A stretch of 64,000 nucleotides of DNA from positions 23,126,001 through 23,190,000 of the forward strand of contig NC_135767.1 of assembly GCF_052425735.1 (NCBI RefSeq). The letters run 5' to 3'. Below are positions 38,392-52,581 of the stretch, piece by piece. This stretch comes from Oculina patagonica (taxonomy: Eukaryota). Numbering within the stretch: the first letter of the stretch is position 1; the number at the start of each line of letters is the position of its first letter. A program made the position numbers and the translations under genes. The notes under the pieces were generated by a model. That model saw nothing but the letters and a program-made list of their open reading frames with translations. It made no database searches and was not told where the DNA came from.

Positions 38392-39550
38392 TCAGACGTA
38401 CAGAACCCAAACATCAGTGCACACTCTGCCTCCGTTGTCGCTTTCAGTGTACCCCGCCAAATCCTCGCCATACCACACGCGGTGCTGGTGGCCCTGGATG
38501 ACAAAAAATGGACCGGAGAAGCGCGACAGAACAAGCTCAGGGGAGTTCGCTCCATAGCCAGGAATCTTGGACCACTTTCCGGCCTGATATTTGAACTGCA
38601 TGAACTGGGTCGGTGGAAGGAGGATGTGATTGTTTGCTGCTGTTATGACCATATTAACGTAATCTCTTATGCCACCACAGCCCCACATGGACCAGTTGTT
38701 AGGGTCAGAAGAGTGACAAGACACGTAGCCATACAAGTGAACCAGTTTCACCGCAGCCACTTTGCCAGTTGCTGGGGCGTTGAATGTACCATACTGGGTA
38801 TTCCTCGTACCAATACACACTGGAGCCGAATTCGCCTTTCTCCAGATAGCTACTGAGAGAAACACAGAGTAATACAGTTTATATTAAGATACTCTTTGTT
38901 TGGCAATAAGGAAAGCAACAGCAACCGCATCACTTAATACTTGTTACAACTCTAAAATACTTTTAACTTCTTTTCCCCTTCATCCAGTGTATTTTACGGA
39001 GGCGGATCTAGACCATAAACAAACGAGAGCCGTTTTTGTCTTTACACCCAGAAAATGTTGAGCGGAGAAAGACTTTCATCATCATCATCATCATCATCAT
39101 CATTAAATGTCTTTAAAGGGGGGGGCCTAGACCCTAGCTTTGAAGGCAAAATTTTTGGCTAATTTTTCTGAGTATTTGGATTGAGTCATTAGAAATTACT
39201 AGTAGCCACTAACAACAACTGCAAAGTGCGGTAGTTGTTAGTTGTTAATGGACACTCTAAATTGAGGGTCGTTATGTCGTGTTTTTTAGCAAGACTTTAC
39301 TCTGATTTCACATGGAACCGATAAAATTAATACTAAAAGGTGAAAGTCAAATGCTGGCAGTGATGAGCTATCTTGGACATTAGATGAATTGGGCTGAAAC
39401 AGACTTTTAGTTCTTTTGACTAAGAACTACTAACAACAGGGTTGGAGAAAATACAAGCAACAAATGATATCTTATACTACCTGCTTGTGTCTGTGGGAAG
39501 GTCACAGCAAGAAAAATCACCAGAAAACAGACGATTGCCTTCAGATTCAT
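38392..39550 (-). CDS. AJLec-like secreted lectin, copy E, 175-176 aa
   Basis: Signal exon 39550-39481 MNLKAIVCFLVIFLAVTFPQTQA (phase 1) spliced to 38852 or 38849 (tandem CAGTAG acceptor) through 38392: AIWRKANSAPVCIG...RVWYGEDLAGYTESDNGGRVCTDVWVLYV*. Confidence 0.8.
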
Positions 39551-42500
39551 TTTTGAGATGACCTGAAATGAATAAAAAAAAATTCAATAAAAATAACTTT
39601 TCAACATTCACGTTAATTCACGTTATGGCCCCTCTTATTCCAAGATCTGGATGATTGGGCCCCAACTTACCTGAAGGTGTGGATCCGCCACTACAATGAG
39701 CAATATTAGCCACACAAGAGTTGTTTATTGCGGCCATAATCTCTACGTACATACGTTTCGTGGTAGAACAAAACGCAAGAAGACTTCAGTAAACTATTGT
39801 TATATCGTTGATATTTATTCCAGCGAATAATGAGATTGATTTGATATGTATGTTGCATCGACATGCTCCTCGCATGAGGTTTATCTGGGTCATTATGCAA
39901 AGTATATTCGACTGCACTAACACATATTTCGTGCATTTGCTGCATTAGCCAGGTAGAAACACTTCAATGCATCTTGACCTCTTGGGCATTTTAAGTGTGT
40001 CAATTTAAACCGGAATGAACTTGTAGATAACTGTACAAAGATTGTATCGAAGGCCTGTATTTATCAGTATAAAACTGATATCCGACTTGTAATCGGGTAA
40101 GAAACAACTATAAAATCAACGGAGAAAAAAATTGAAACTCAAACGCAAAAAAAGACAAATAAAGAAAATGTTTGAAACAATACAAAAAACAGAAACTAAA
40201 ACAATGGCGAGCTTAAGACCGATTATAATCACGGAATTCCCTAAAATCATAACACATGTTTTCTGGCACGAAACTTAATAGCTGGTTATAAGCGATATCG
40301 ATCAACCGCGGTCAAACGACAGAAATTTGCAAAAATGGTACTTCAAAGATAAGGTTATGATATTCACTGTTCAAAGTTCGATACTCTATCAGTGTCCTGA
40401 TAATTTACTAAGTTTTTTGGAGCTTTACTAAAACAGTTCTACGTGTTCGAAAAAAAGAAAATGAGGACTTGTCGACGCCATTTGTTGAATCAATTTGACA
40501 GCAATTTGGTTCACGAATGCGAAACATTTAAACGTTAATTGAAAACACTCGTTTATTTGAGGGAAAGGACATATATTTACTCGCAGCAACTATTTTATAC
40601 ACCCTTGCTCATACTTCCACTTCAAAATGAACGAAATTCCCTGAAATACAAGAAATACTGCCTGCAAGACGTTGAACTGCGTGCAATACGCAATATATGC
40701 ACTACTGATTCTGTGACGAGTGACACACCCATACGATAAAGATACTTTCACGAAGCAAGAAAATAAGTCTTTTAAAATTTATTCCTCATGGCTTTAGTGC
40801 CAAATATGTTTGCTAAGACTATCGTGGTACTGAAAGCTAGCGAAGTGGTATGTTTCACTTTTATAATGGTTGTAAAATTTATTTTTTTCTGGTTTGTATT
40901 TGTATTTCCAAAATTTCTCATGCTATTTCAAAGCACGGTTCTAATGCTTCTAGTCAGTGAAACAAATGCTGTAATTTACCACCTTTTAAAAACCCATGAG
41001 ACTTCTGAAGTAAAATTCTTCTTCTGAAATTGAATTCTAGTGAACTGATTGAGTATAAGGCAAAAACTCATACTTTCAACTTACCCAAACTGTGTCTGTG
41101 TTCTTTATCGCCGCAGGGTGTGCTCGAACTAGTGGAATGGTATAACGGCGGTTGTATGCTTTATTGCTTTATTCAGCCAATAACATGAAAGGCATTTGAC
41201 AATCTGTCAGTAACATAAGTGCTTTAAATTAATTTCACAAAGGTTGGTACCCTGTAAGTGTAAAGGTCAATTCAAATTACCTGAGTGTACTTTATCGTAA
41301 AATAAGTCCTACGGATATTTCACGAGCACTATCTACGGTACCCGTGGGGGAACTATTCCCGGAAGCTGGCTATCTCTTGGGCACTATATAAGGGAGTTTA
41401 GACATTGTCATAAAAATTTTAAGTAAGTCAGTACTCCCTATGCATTATTTTCCCACTGTGATTGACAGAAATATTACTTTTTTTAAACAAAAACGCCAAT
41501 CAGCAAAGGGGGGCGACTGTAATTCTTGGGATGAAGGAAGAAGGAGAGGAGAAGGAGGTGTCATATAAGGACTCTTCTTTTCAAAACACTCAAAAAAGAG
41601 CACTGAAGCTGCATCAATATATATACCTCTACTGACTAATAGTGTGGGCTTTACGATAAGATAATAACTCTGGTAGAAATATCAAGGGGGAATATTGTAA
41701 GAGGTTTTCACAAGTATCGAAGAAGAATATTATTTAAGAATTCTACATTACAAGTTTAATATTATTTAAGAATTCAACATTACAACCCTGCTGTCGGAAT
41801 TTTAAAGTATTGTTCGCCCAACAAGATCGTGTACCAAGCAAACGGTACAAATATGCGGATGAGTGATTTGAATTACACTTTTTGTCGTCTCTCTACGAAC
41901 GAAATTTCCACTTTGAAAAATAACATTTCATAATGCAGTTCATCGTTGTTTAAATGTTTTCAAGAAATATGTCACGCCTCGAAACAACCAAACGGTTTGG
42001 TGAAGTGGGTCCTTCTTTAAATCAGTCAAAAAAAGTCGAATATCCGTTAAGAAATACTGATTCGTTGTCGGATATAGTTGCTTTACAGCAAAATTGATAG
42101 CAGCACGTATAGAAGATCTAGATAACTGTTCTCGTGCGTTATTAACGTTTCATATGGATAAAATATATTGCAACTTAGAATTGGCTTTCTAGTATCTTAA
42201 ACGTATCCTTACACAAACATGTGTCATACAGGACAAGTCTTCTTTATCTGTAACATCGCCCAAGATAGGAAATTAATATATTGGCTTTAAAATCTCACCA
42301 TTTTTTTAGATTTGAGTCGCTTACTCAAGAATTCCAACAATTTCTAAAAAAACAGATTTGGTCAAAATCTACCATCAATTGGCCTGAATTTAGGACAGCC
42401 TGGTTTTTTTTTACAAACCCGGTGAACTCTAAAAGAAATTCAGATTAGCATTGTGCTTATGTTGCATAGAGAGTAGAAAGCAAACCAACTGGAAAACTCA

Positions 42501-45014
42501 TGGAATTTTTAGAGATACATAGAGATACATTACGTAAGGGGGCGTATGCCAAATATCTGGAATTTTATTGTCATAAAACCATATGTAGTAAGAGAAAAAA
42601 CTACCTTATTATATATTAACACGAATTTCATACGACAGAACAGAATAAAAAGCGGGGATGTTAAAAAGCCTTATACAGTAATCGAAAGAAGGTCAAAAAT
42701 GTTATCATGACCTCTAACGGATTCTTTATCATTTGCCATACTGTGGCAACATAATTTCTGAAGCCTATTGCTCATTATCTATGGTTACACTGAAAAGATC
42801 TTATTTCTCTTTTACTGGAAATTAGGGTCCCTCCCCCTCCCCCCCCACTCCCACTCCCCAGCTCCCAGCAACCACCCCACCACCTCAGCAAAGAATGAAA
42901 ACTCAAAACTGCGAGGTAAGGGAGTGGTCATTATTTATGGGGAGGGGGGTGGTGAATGGGAGAGGGGGGGGAAACGTTTTGTCGCCTGTAATGACTAACA
43001 GTGTTAGAAAGCCCATTGGTATCTGGTAGGCCATGGTTCAATTCCCAATTTTTTGTCTCACGCTTGTGACGATTTTCAATTAATCTTTATTGTTTTTGTT
43101 GTTGTCAGGTTTAACTAAGGGTTTAGCTGCCCTGTATGTATCTAGATTATCAATGAAATATCAGTAACAGTTTAGCGAGTCGATTGAAGTGTCCAAAAAC
43201 ATCATACATGCAGAGTATTTCTAGTTCTTTGATGAAACAGAAAATCATCATCCTTTTGATGCTGAGCATGCAGGTTTTTAATTTAAAGTAGCTCATTCAG
43301 CTTCATTTGTTGGTCACTTAGGGGTAAAAAAAGGGAGTCAAAAATAATAATAATAATCTTTTAAAAAGTTACCTTGATGTTAAAGGGTGGGCTAAAAGGC
43401 TTACTTGAGCCTAAAGAAGGGGAGGGGGGATAAAAAGTTTCTGATGTTGCCTCCTCCCATTCACCAACCCACCTCCCCATAAATAATGACCACTCCCTAA
43501 CCTTAAATTATTTGACTGCATTTCATTATAAATTTTAAAACAGAATATTGTTCCTAATACACGTAAACTTAAAACATCCCGCAGCATTCCACCTGTACTT
43601 TTAAATTTTAAGATTTTCCACCCCACTTCTGCTGGGTTTGCATGAGACATTTTTGAGACTTTTTTGCATGACAAACTTTTTTCAAGCATTTTTACTGCGT
43701 TAGCACTCATATATGATTTTTTTTTTTGAGTGATTCCGCAGTATAAGAAATAAAAATGTATGTTGAGCTACCTCTAGGCAGATCCAAGACGGCGGAATTT
43801 GGAATTTGTGATGTCATTCTAACGCAATATTAAGTTATAAAGAATGTAATAAAACCATCATTTGTGTTTCAGATAATTCCAGAATTTGGTGGTACATTAA
43901 GACAATATTCCCTCATTGATGATTTTTTAATTCTCCTCACTTGTTGCTCTATTGACTCTAGAGGAGAAACTAGATTTTGATCACTCTTGAGAATTTCTTT
44001 TTTTTTTTTGGCTACCCCTCTCCCCTGGCTGCTCATTATTTTACTCACGCATGAGCCTGGAAAAATAATCTGAAGCAATGTTTGACCTAAAATTTAGAAA
44101 GTGAGAACTTGATTAAAAATGTGTTCCCATTCATCGAGTCACTGTTTTGCTTGGACTGAAAATGCAATTTCCATTGGTACGAAGAATTACGTTCTGAACG
44201 GTGTTCTTCTATCTTCTTCTTTCTTAGATTGTTTCACATAGTCTGACATCTGTGATTAAGGGAGAAATCAGGCAAAAAATTGCAAACAAAAAAATAGTAT
44301 TTCCATCACTGATATTCATACAATTGTTTGACTTTTGATTCTGAGAATTTGGTACTGCATCGAAACAATATAATGTTGTTGATGATTTTCTTTATTCTCC
44401 TCTCTTGTTTGCTTGTTAATGTGCGATTTGCTAGGGAGAATCTGGATGTTGATTATTTTCGGGAATTCGGAATCGAGGGAATTCGGGAATATCGGAATCG
44501 AGTTATAATGGTAGGATCAAAGTTGTACATCTTCTAAAGCAAAGTTATAGATTTGTGCAGGGAGCCATATTTCCAATGAAATGCCGAAATACCGTTGATT
44601 TTTCGATTTATTTTTCAATGATAATAGAAGCGTGCAAATGCGAGGGAAATCTCAATGACACACATGACAACTCGGCTTTCCATTTTTGCCCTCTGTTTAT
44701 TTGTATTTTTCCAAATAACAAAAAATCCCTTATTTTTATGCCTTATGGTCTACAGTGTTGCCATACAATCAAGAAGTTCAAATGCTTTTTTAAGCTTTAT
44801 AAATCCAAAAAACCTTTTCTAATCTCCTTTCAAATACAACAACAGAAAATAAAAATTTCCGACAACTTGCACAATCCACTCAAACTAGGTACAGCAAAAT
44901 ATCCAAAACTAATAAACACCATTACATTTAATTAACCGAAAAAAGCAAGCACGATAAAAGGAACCCTGAATGTCTGGCAGGAGCTTTTTAGGCTCAAAAA
45001 CTTGCCAGGACTTC

Positions 45015-45658
45015 TCAGACATAGAGAGCGTAAACATCAGCGCAGACTTTTCCTCCGTTGTCACTTTCAGTGTAATTCACCAAATCCTCACCGTACCACA
45101 CGCGGAACTGGCGGCCCTTGTACACCCAGTAAGGATGGGAGAAAAAAGACAGAATGATCTCAGGCGAGTGGGAATTATATCCGGGAATGTAGGACCACTT
45201 TCCACCGCCACTAAAGAACTGTCTTGGGGGCAAAACGATGTGATTGCTTGATGTTGTTATGACAACATTAACTTTATTTTTTACCCAGCGGCTGGTGCCA
45301 CAGCCCCAGAAAGACCAGTGGTGGAGACTCGCAGTATTACAGGACACGTAACCATATAGGTGAACCAGCTTCACCGATGCCAGCCTGCCACGAGAAGGAG
45401 CATAGAACCTGCCATAGCTGTAACTCTTCGCGCCAAAACACACCGGAGAGGAGTTCGCCTTTAGCCAGACACCTAGTAACAAAAACATTATAATAACATG
45501 TTATTGGTAAATATACAAACCCCCGAGTCTTAAAGGGTACGATTATATTAAGTGCTTATAAAAGTTTATCAGCGCACAGACAGACCTGTTGCTTCGGAAT
45601 CTTTCACAACCAACGAACCAAGGGTGAAAACGAACAGACAAACCAAAATGGCGTTCAT
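45015..45658 (-). CDS. AJLec-like secreted lectin, copy F, 176 aa
   Basis: Signal exon 45658-45586 MNAILVCLFVFTLGSLVVKDSEAT (phase 1, weak GTCTGT donor), 113-nt intron, exon 45472-45015 GVWLKANSSPVCFGAK...RVWYGEDLVNYTESDNGGKVCADVYALYV*. Confidence 0.75.
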
Positions 45659-46330
45659 CGTTAGGTAAGAGACTTGTGTTGTCTTCTTCCTCTAGGTCTG
45701 TGGTGTACTAACTCGGTATAGGACTTCGACCTTCTTATGACAATAATTATACGCCATTCTCAAATCGTGTTAAGACAAGATTTGAAGCGGTTGTCAGCAA
45801 TTGTATAACGCACGTGGTGATGAGATTATGGTTTATCTGAATCTGTGCAAACAAAGTTGACCTTTCTTACTTTGTCTTACAAAAGGAATACAAATTGTAA
45901 ATAAAACTTTGCTCGACTTCACATATCGTACGTACGAGGAGGCACACACTGGATAATTGTAAAATCGAATTCCACTGAACTCTAATCTACTTGGAAAACT
46001 ACTAGTAATTATAAAAAGCGTTTATCTATAAGCAATGTTTATAATCGTCTCGCGTTCACATAACTTTTGAGTTCTCGAAATTCACTGTGTACACTTTTCT
46101 GGTTCGTGTTTTTGCATAGATGCCACGTCAACATGACGCGATTTTTATGTCCCGGTACTTGGCTTATAGCAGGTTTTAAATTAGGCATTTTCCAAACGAC
46201 CCTTCGTATTTCCCGATTCTTTTTTATTGTTAGAGGATAACCAATGTTAGGAAGTTTCAGAAACGGAAAGATTGAAATCATGTTTTTAACATGCATAAGG
46301 TTAGTTGAAACTGACATGAAGAATAAAAAT

Positions 46331-49300
46331 GCAAATTCGAAGTTTTGAAACGTTGATCGAACAGAGTTTAGCCAGAGTTTGTCCACTGTCACTTTACGAG
46401 AAACAATATTTAGTTTTGTGCGGCGGTAAACTCTATCTTCTGGTGTTGGTCATAGAAAGAGTTTAACGCGTGGATATGTTTTAGAGAAACAGTTTGGATT
46501 TTAACAACGGTTTTTTATTTTATATTACACAAAACAGAAAAATAGATGGTTATAGAATAAGGCTAAAATCAACGTTCATGATATTAAATAAACATCCTGT
46601 ATGTAATTGATATTAGCTGCTAAATTTTGTCAGGTGTTGTGAAATGATAAATAATTATTGTTAAATCTCAGACTTCCTGTTACACGTCTCGAGAACGGTC
46701 AATTTGCAAATACAATGATGCTCTTCTCTGTTAAATTTGTCTTTATGTGTGTTTATTCTAAAACCCAGAGCTGTTGAACAGCGTCGAAACCATACTTTTT
46801 TATTGCATACAAGGCTGTATACATAGAAAAAATATCGCCTTCGCTTATATTAGCCCAACTGGTCATCAGGCATGTAAAATCCATCGACTAAATTATATCA
46901 TGCAAATAATTTAGCCAAAATAAAGACGAAAACTCGTGGTTTATGGAACCAGTAATTGCTACAGAGATATTGACTGAAACAACGGTTGGTGACAACCGTA
47001 TTAAACGCTGTTTTGAGAGAACAGCAATTTTTTTTTTGGCTGAAAATCAAAAGAACTCTCTAGAATCGGGAGACTCGAAAAACTGAATTCCGTTGAAACA
47101 AGTTAATACTGTACATTAAAAAATATCCGTAGGACATCGGAATAACTATGATTGCTGCATGTAGCAGTTTTAAAAGCGTTTATTTTAGAGCTCTCAACAC
47201 CCGTGAAATATATTGTTAAGTAATGAAACTCCCAGTTACGAAGAACTTTTTCCAAACAAGCTGTTTCTCAGCCGAGCTTTATCGGCAGATTTTCCAGTGC
47301 ATATCAAACCCCTGGAAGAACGAGTTCCCGCCTATGTTCACAACTGGGAGTGAGAAAAAAAATATGATGAAATTTGTCGGAGTAAATATCGATCGCGACG
47401 GACAAATCAGTGCCGGCCGCATTAAGCACACGCGCGCGTTTAGCTCCTGACGTGTCCAATGAATCAAATTTGTTGCTTTTTTTCTAAGACGGTTCAATAC
47501 TTCTTCAAATAATGTTTGAATAGGTGTGTGAATTTTATAAATTGTTTGCCAAAAATGCTGACCCCCTACACGAAGTTTACTTTATAGGACCATTCTGAAA
47601 TTTCGGGATACGCTTCCAGATGACGGAAACAACGAGCAAAGGTTATTGTGCGCCCGGTTGTATTTTTTATATGAGAGACGAGAGTTTTACAAGTATTATG
47701 GGTGTTCAAGCAGCCTGTGATATATGACGGACAATTGCAGCCTGCGTGGCTACAGCTGAGGCGAAAGAGCGACGAATTAGAGACGGACTGTGACGAATTA
47801 TATACAAGTACGGAGGCGAGTCAATATAGACAATTTTATTCATCTTACTTAATTGCTATCTCGAACTTGCGGTAATTTAACCACATTTTCGGTATAATTT
47901 CATTTCGTCCTCCGTAGCTATTGTAGTTTTAAATGCGGTTCGAAATAACAACACAGGAATTCGTTTCTCTTTTGTAAGTGTTATTTAGAATGAAAACTGA
48001 CTTGGCTTGGGGTCATTTCATCAGCATGAATATATTATTTTACGGCGCGTGTGATCATGATAACAAGATTCCCCAGGCGCGAAAGTTACTGTAGCTGTTC
48101 ATTTTATATTAAACACTATTAATTGGTTCAAATTTTTCATTTTCGTCACTGATCTTAGGAGAGATGTTCCCACAATTCCACGCACATACAACGTAAAACA
48201 TTTTGCGAATTCATAAAAGATTTGGGAAACTCGTTTCGGACGGATTTCTGTCTGACCGCCGGAATAACACCACTACTATATGAAGTTAAGGGAGGTAAAA
48301 CCGTCTTAAAATCGCGAAATTTAGGGAAAGGTTACCATTGGATGGTAACTATTCTCTTCTGGTTTAAAGAAAGTGGTGATTTTGAGCTGCAGTTCTATCC
48401 CCGTGTAGCAAACAACAAGCCTGTTTTTATATTTTCTTTACTGATGTAAATTTTAGTCGAGAAAGTACGTTTTCCGTTAATTTAAATCGAGTTTTCCTTC
48501 GGATTTTCCCTCGTTTTCAGACGGGAAAGGATGGATAAATTTGACACAAAAGAACTCGTCTTTAATCGGATTCGTATCAGACTTCTCAAATATGAATTTG
48601 GCTATTGTAGAATTCGACATGAAACGATTTCGTATGGGCCACGTAAGCACCTCAATAACTAAACTGTGTACATTTGTCTGCGTCGGAAAATTCCCTTGAA
48701 CTTGATTTGTTTTTAGACAGTGAATTTATTCTTTAAAATAATAAAAAAGAGAAATTGACGCTAGAATTATTTTGCCGATAATGCTTCCCAATATCATACT
48801 TTTCAGTGGTAGTGTGAAATTTATTTGGCTATGTCAGACGATTTTACATTTAAAGCCGAGCAAACGAATTTCTCGTCTTTGGTCGTTTATTCTACCTCTG
48901 CCTTGATTTTCCTATCTTTAGCCGCTTTTAATAAAGTTGTCTTGAAAAGATAGATTCGCCGAAATACTACAATATAAATACCAAATACTGACCTTTTTTC
49001 TCGCCAGAGCATCGATTGCATTGTGAATAATTTTCCGTTTTTTATTAGCTGTGATTACCCGCTTGAAATCACTGTGAGGAAGACGTAAGCTTGCTTCGGC
49101 AGAAATCGGGATACTTTGAACAGCAAATCGACAACAGTCGTCGCTAAGAAAGGCTTCATTTCCTTGTAGTCCTCTCGGTAAAACAGCATTGTGATGTGGT
49201 CAAATTCTGAGCTTGAAATCATCCACATTTCTATGTTGTTGACTTCAAGGTTGTCTGTTCAGCTACCGAGCTGACGAAAACTTGTGGTATACCCAGTAGA

Positions 49301-51723
49301 GCGCTGTTTATAAGCCGTGTCCAGGACGTGTCTCTTTTGAATTTAAAATAGGGATGGAGCTGCTACCACAGATAGTGAGGATGTTAATGCTTAGCTGTCT
49401 TGTGTTACGGTTCATCTAAAACGCGAGTTGTCTTTGCCCTTTTTCTTTTTTCAAACCTGAGAGGAACGAAAATCGAGCCGCGAGTATCGTGGGCGAGCGA
49501 TGCGAGTCACGAGACGCGCGCCCACGATACTCGCGTCGCACGTGCCACGTTATGCGTTTCTTCTTCTTCGGCAAATTCGAGGCTCTGAAACGTGTATCGA
49601 ACAGAGTAGCTAGTTTGTCCAGTGTCAGATTTTGAGAAACAATATCTAGTTTCCAGCGGCGGTAACTCAAAGTTCTGTTGGTGTTTATAGTCTTCATATA
49701 ATAGAAAGAGTTTTTAAACTGTTAAAACTCTGGTTTATATGTTGCTCTAAACGGAAAAAATAGATAGTTATAAAATAAACCTAAAATCAACGTTCATGAT
49801 GTAAAATAAACATTCTGTATGTAATTGATATTAGCTGCTAAATTTTGTCAGGTATTGTAAAATGATAAATAAATATTGTTAAATCTTAGACTTCCTGTTA
49901 CACGTCTCGAGAACGGTCAATTTGCAAATACTATGATGCTTTCTTCTGTTAACTTTGTCTTTATGTGTATTTATTTTAAAACCCAGGGCTGTTAAATAGC
50001 GTCAAAACCGTACTTTTTTATTGCATTCAAGGCTGTATACATAGAAAAAATATCGCCTTCGCTTATATTAGCCTAACTGGGCATCACGCATGTAAAATAC
50101 ATCGACTAACTTATATCATGCAAATAACTTAACAAAATAATGACAAAACTCGAGGTTTATGGAACCAGTTATTGCTACACAGTTATTGACTAAAATAACG
50201 GTTGTTAAAAACCATATTAAAGGCTGTTTTTAGAGAACAGCAATTTTTTCTCTCTACAATCGGCAGACTCGAAAAACTGAATTTCGGCGGTTGAAACTAG
50301 TTGATATTGTACATTAAAAATTCAAGTATCCTTAGGACATCAGAATATAACGATGATCGCTACATGTAGCGCAGGTTTAAAAGCGATTATTTTAATTTAG
50401 AGCTCTTAACACCCGTGTTGTATACAATAAAATTCCTAGTTACAATGAACCTTTTCCAAACTAGCTGTTTCTGAGAAGAATTATCGGCATATTTTCCAGT
50501 GTTTATCAAACCCCTGGTATAGAACGAGTTCCCGCTTATGTTCACAACTGAAAAAATACGATGAAATTTGTCTGAAGTAAATATCGATCGCGAAGGACAA
50601 ATTCAGTGCCCGTGTTAAGCACACGAGCGCGTTTAGCTCCTGACGTGTCCAACGAAGCAAATTTGTTGCTTTCTAAGGCAATTTAAACTTCTTCAAATTA
50701 TGTTTGAATGGGTGTGGAATTTGAAAAATTGTTTGCCAAAAATGCTGACCCCCTACTCGAAGTTTGCTGTATAGGACTATTAGCACCGCAATCAAAACTA
50801 TGTGTACATTTGTCTGCGTCAGAAAATTCCCTTGAGCTTGATTTGTTTTTTAGACAGTGAATTTATTCCTCAAAATAAAGAAGAAAAAGAAAGTGACGCT
50901 AGAATTATTTTGCCGATAAATGCTTCCCAACTGATCATGCTTTTTAAATAATGGTTGTGTAAAATTTATCTGGCTATGCCGCGCAGACGATTTTACATAT
51001 AAAGCCTAGCAAACTAATATCTCGTCTTGGTCGTTTATTCTACCTTTACGACCCTTTACCTTGATTTTCCTATCTTCAGCTTTTTAATGTAAATGTTTTG
51101 AAAAAAGAGACTCACTGAAATACTATAATATAAATACCAAACACTGACCTTTTTTCCTCGTCAGAGCATCAATTACATTGTGAAAAATTTCCGTTTGTTA
51201 TTAGCTGTGATTACCCGCTTGAAATCACTGTGAGGAAGGCGTAAGCTTGCTTCGGCAGAAATCGGGAGACTTTGAACAGCCAATTGACAACGTCGTCGCT
51301 AAGAAAGGCTTCATTTCTGAGCAGTCCTCTCGGTAAAACAGCAATGTAATATGGCCAAATTCTGAGCTTGAAATCATCCACATTTCTATGTTGTTGACTT
51401 CAAGGTTGTCTGACTTGTCTGTTGAGCTACCGAGCTGGTTTATAAGCCGTCTCTTTTCATATTAAAATAGGCATCGAATTGCTACCACAGATAGTGAGGA
51501 TGTTAATGCTAGCTATCTTTTGCTACGTTTCAAGCCGAATGCGAGTTGTCTTTGCCTTTTTCCTTTCTTTCATTTTTTTTTGTTCAAAACTGAGAGTACG
51601 AAAAACGAGCCGCGAGTATCGTGGGCGCGTGATGCGAGTCACGAGCCGCGCACCCACGATATTCGTGTCGCACGTGCCACGCGTCATCACGTGCCATGTT
51701 ATTGCGTTCCTTTTTCTTCGGCA
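46331..51723. repeat. Non-coding tandem segmental duplication (unit 1 ~46331-49571, unit 2 ~49572-51723)
   Basis: Long colinear matches (e.g. ctaaaatcaacgttcatgat at ~46563 and ~49781; gctgtgattacccgcttgaaatcactgtgaggaag at ~49048 and ~51204). Unit 2 lacks ~1.05 kb (about 47595-48645). Confidence 0.85.
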
Positions 51724-52581
51724 CGTTTGCGATGAAAGAAGAATTATTTCATCTTAAGGCAGTAAGAGATACACCCGCTAGTAATTGCATTACCGGTAAT
51801 TTTGAAGTAAAAGTGTTTTTCTGGCAATTTTATTGGCCGAGGTTCAATACTCGCAAGTTTACAATTAAACACTCTTAGCTCGTTATCTACTTTCTGATTT
51901 TACTGCAAAAGAATTAACAATAGAGTCATTACGCACGTGTAAAAGCAACCGTGTGAAGTTAAATTAGTAGGTTTAATAGGATGAATTCGAATGAGTTGAA
52001 TTAGTAGGCGAAATTAACTTTCGACAATTTTGAATAGCTAAAAAGTTTAGATAATTATCAATTTTCAATAATTTTTAACAACTGAATGGTTTCTTAGAAA
52101 TCAAGATATCGTTGTTGACAACTACACGATTTCGAAACTTTTAAAAATGTAACAAGCCAGATCCGGTTTTTCATGCATTCTGTTCTCTTATTACAAGTAA
52201 TTTTTTCATAAAAACTTCAAAACTGTAGACTGTATTAGCAATAGTATAAGGCGAATCATAATCGATAAGTGGAGCATTAACATTATAATTCGAAATAGCT
52301 GTTTACAATAAACCAAGGTGATCGGTTAAGCGAGCAAGGCATTGTTAAGAAACGCACAAGTATGTTTTTTCTTAGTACTTTTGCAATGCATTATTGATGA
52401 TAAAATTAGCTAACGGGTGCGTTTTAACACTAACTGAAAAAGATAATAATCAACTGCAACTGCGGACATATACCTTTTGTCCAACAAACAAAAGATCTCG
52501 AGGGCCTTTTAACTTAAAAACAGTTAAGACTGCGTACAATATAAGATTAAGGCACATTCACCTGGATATTTTTTCGTCGGT

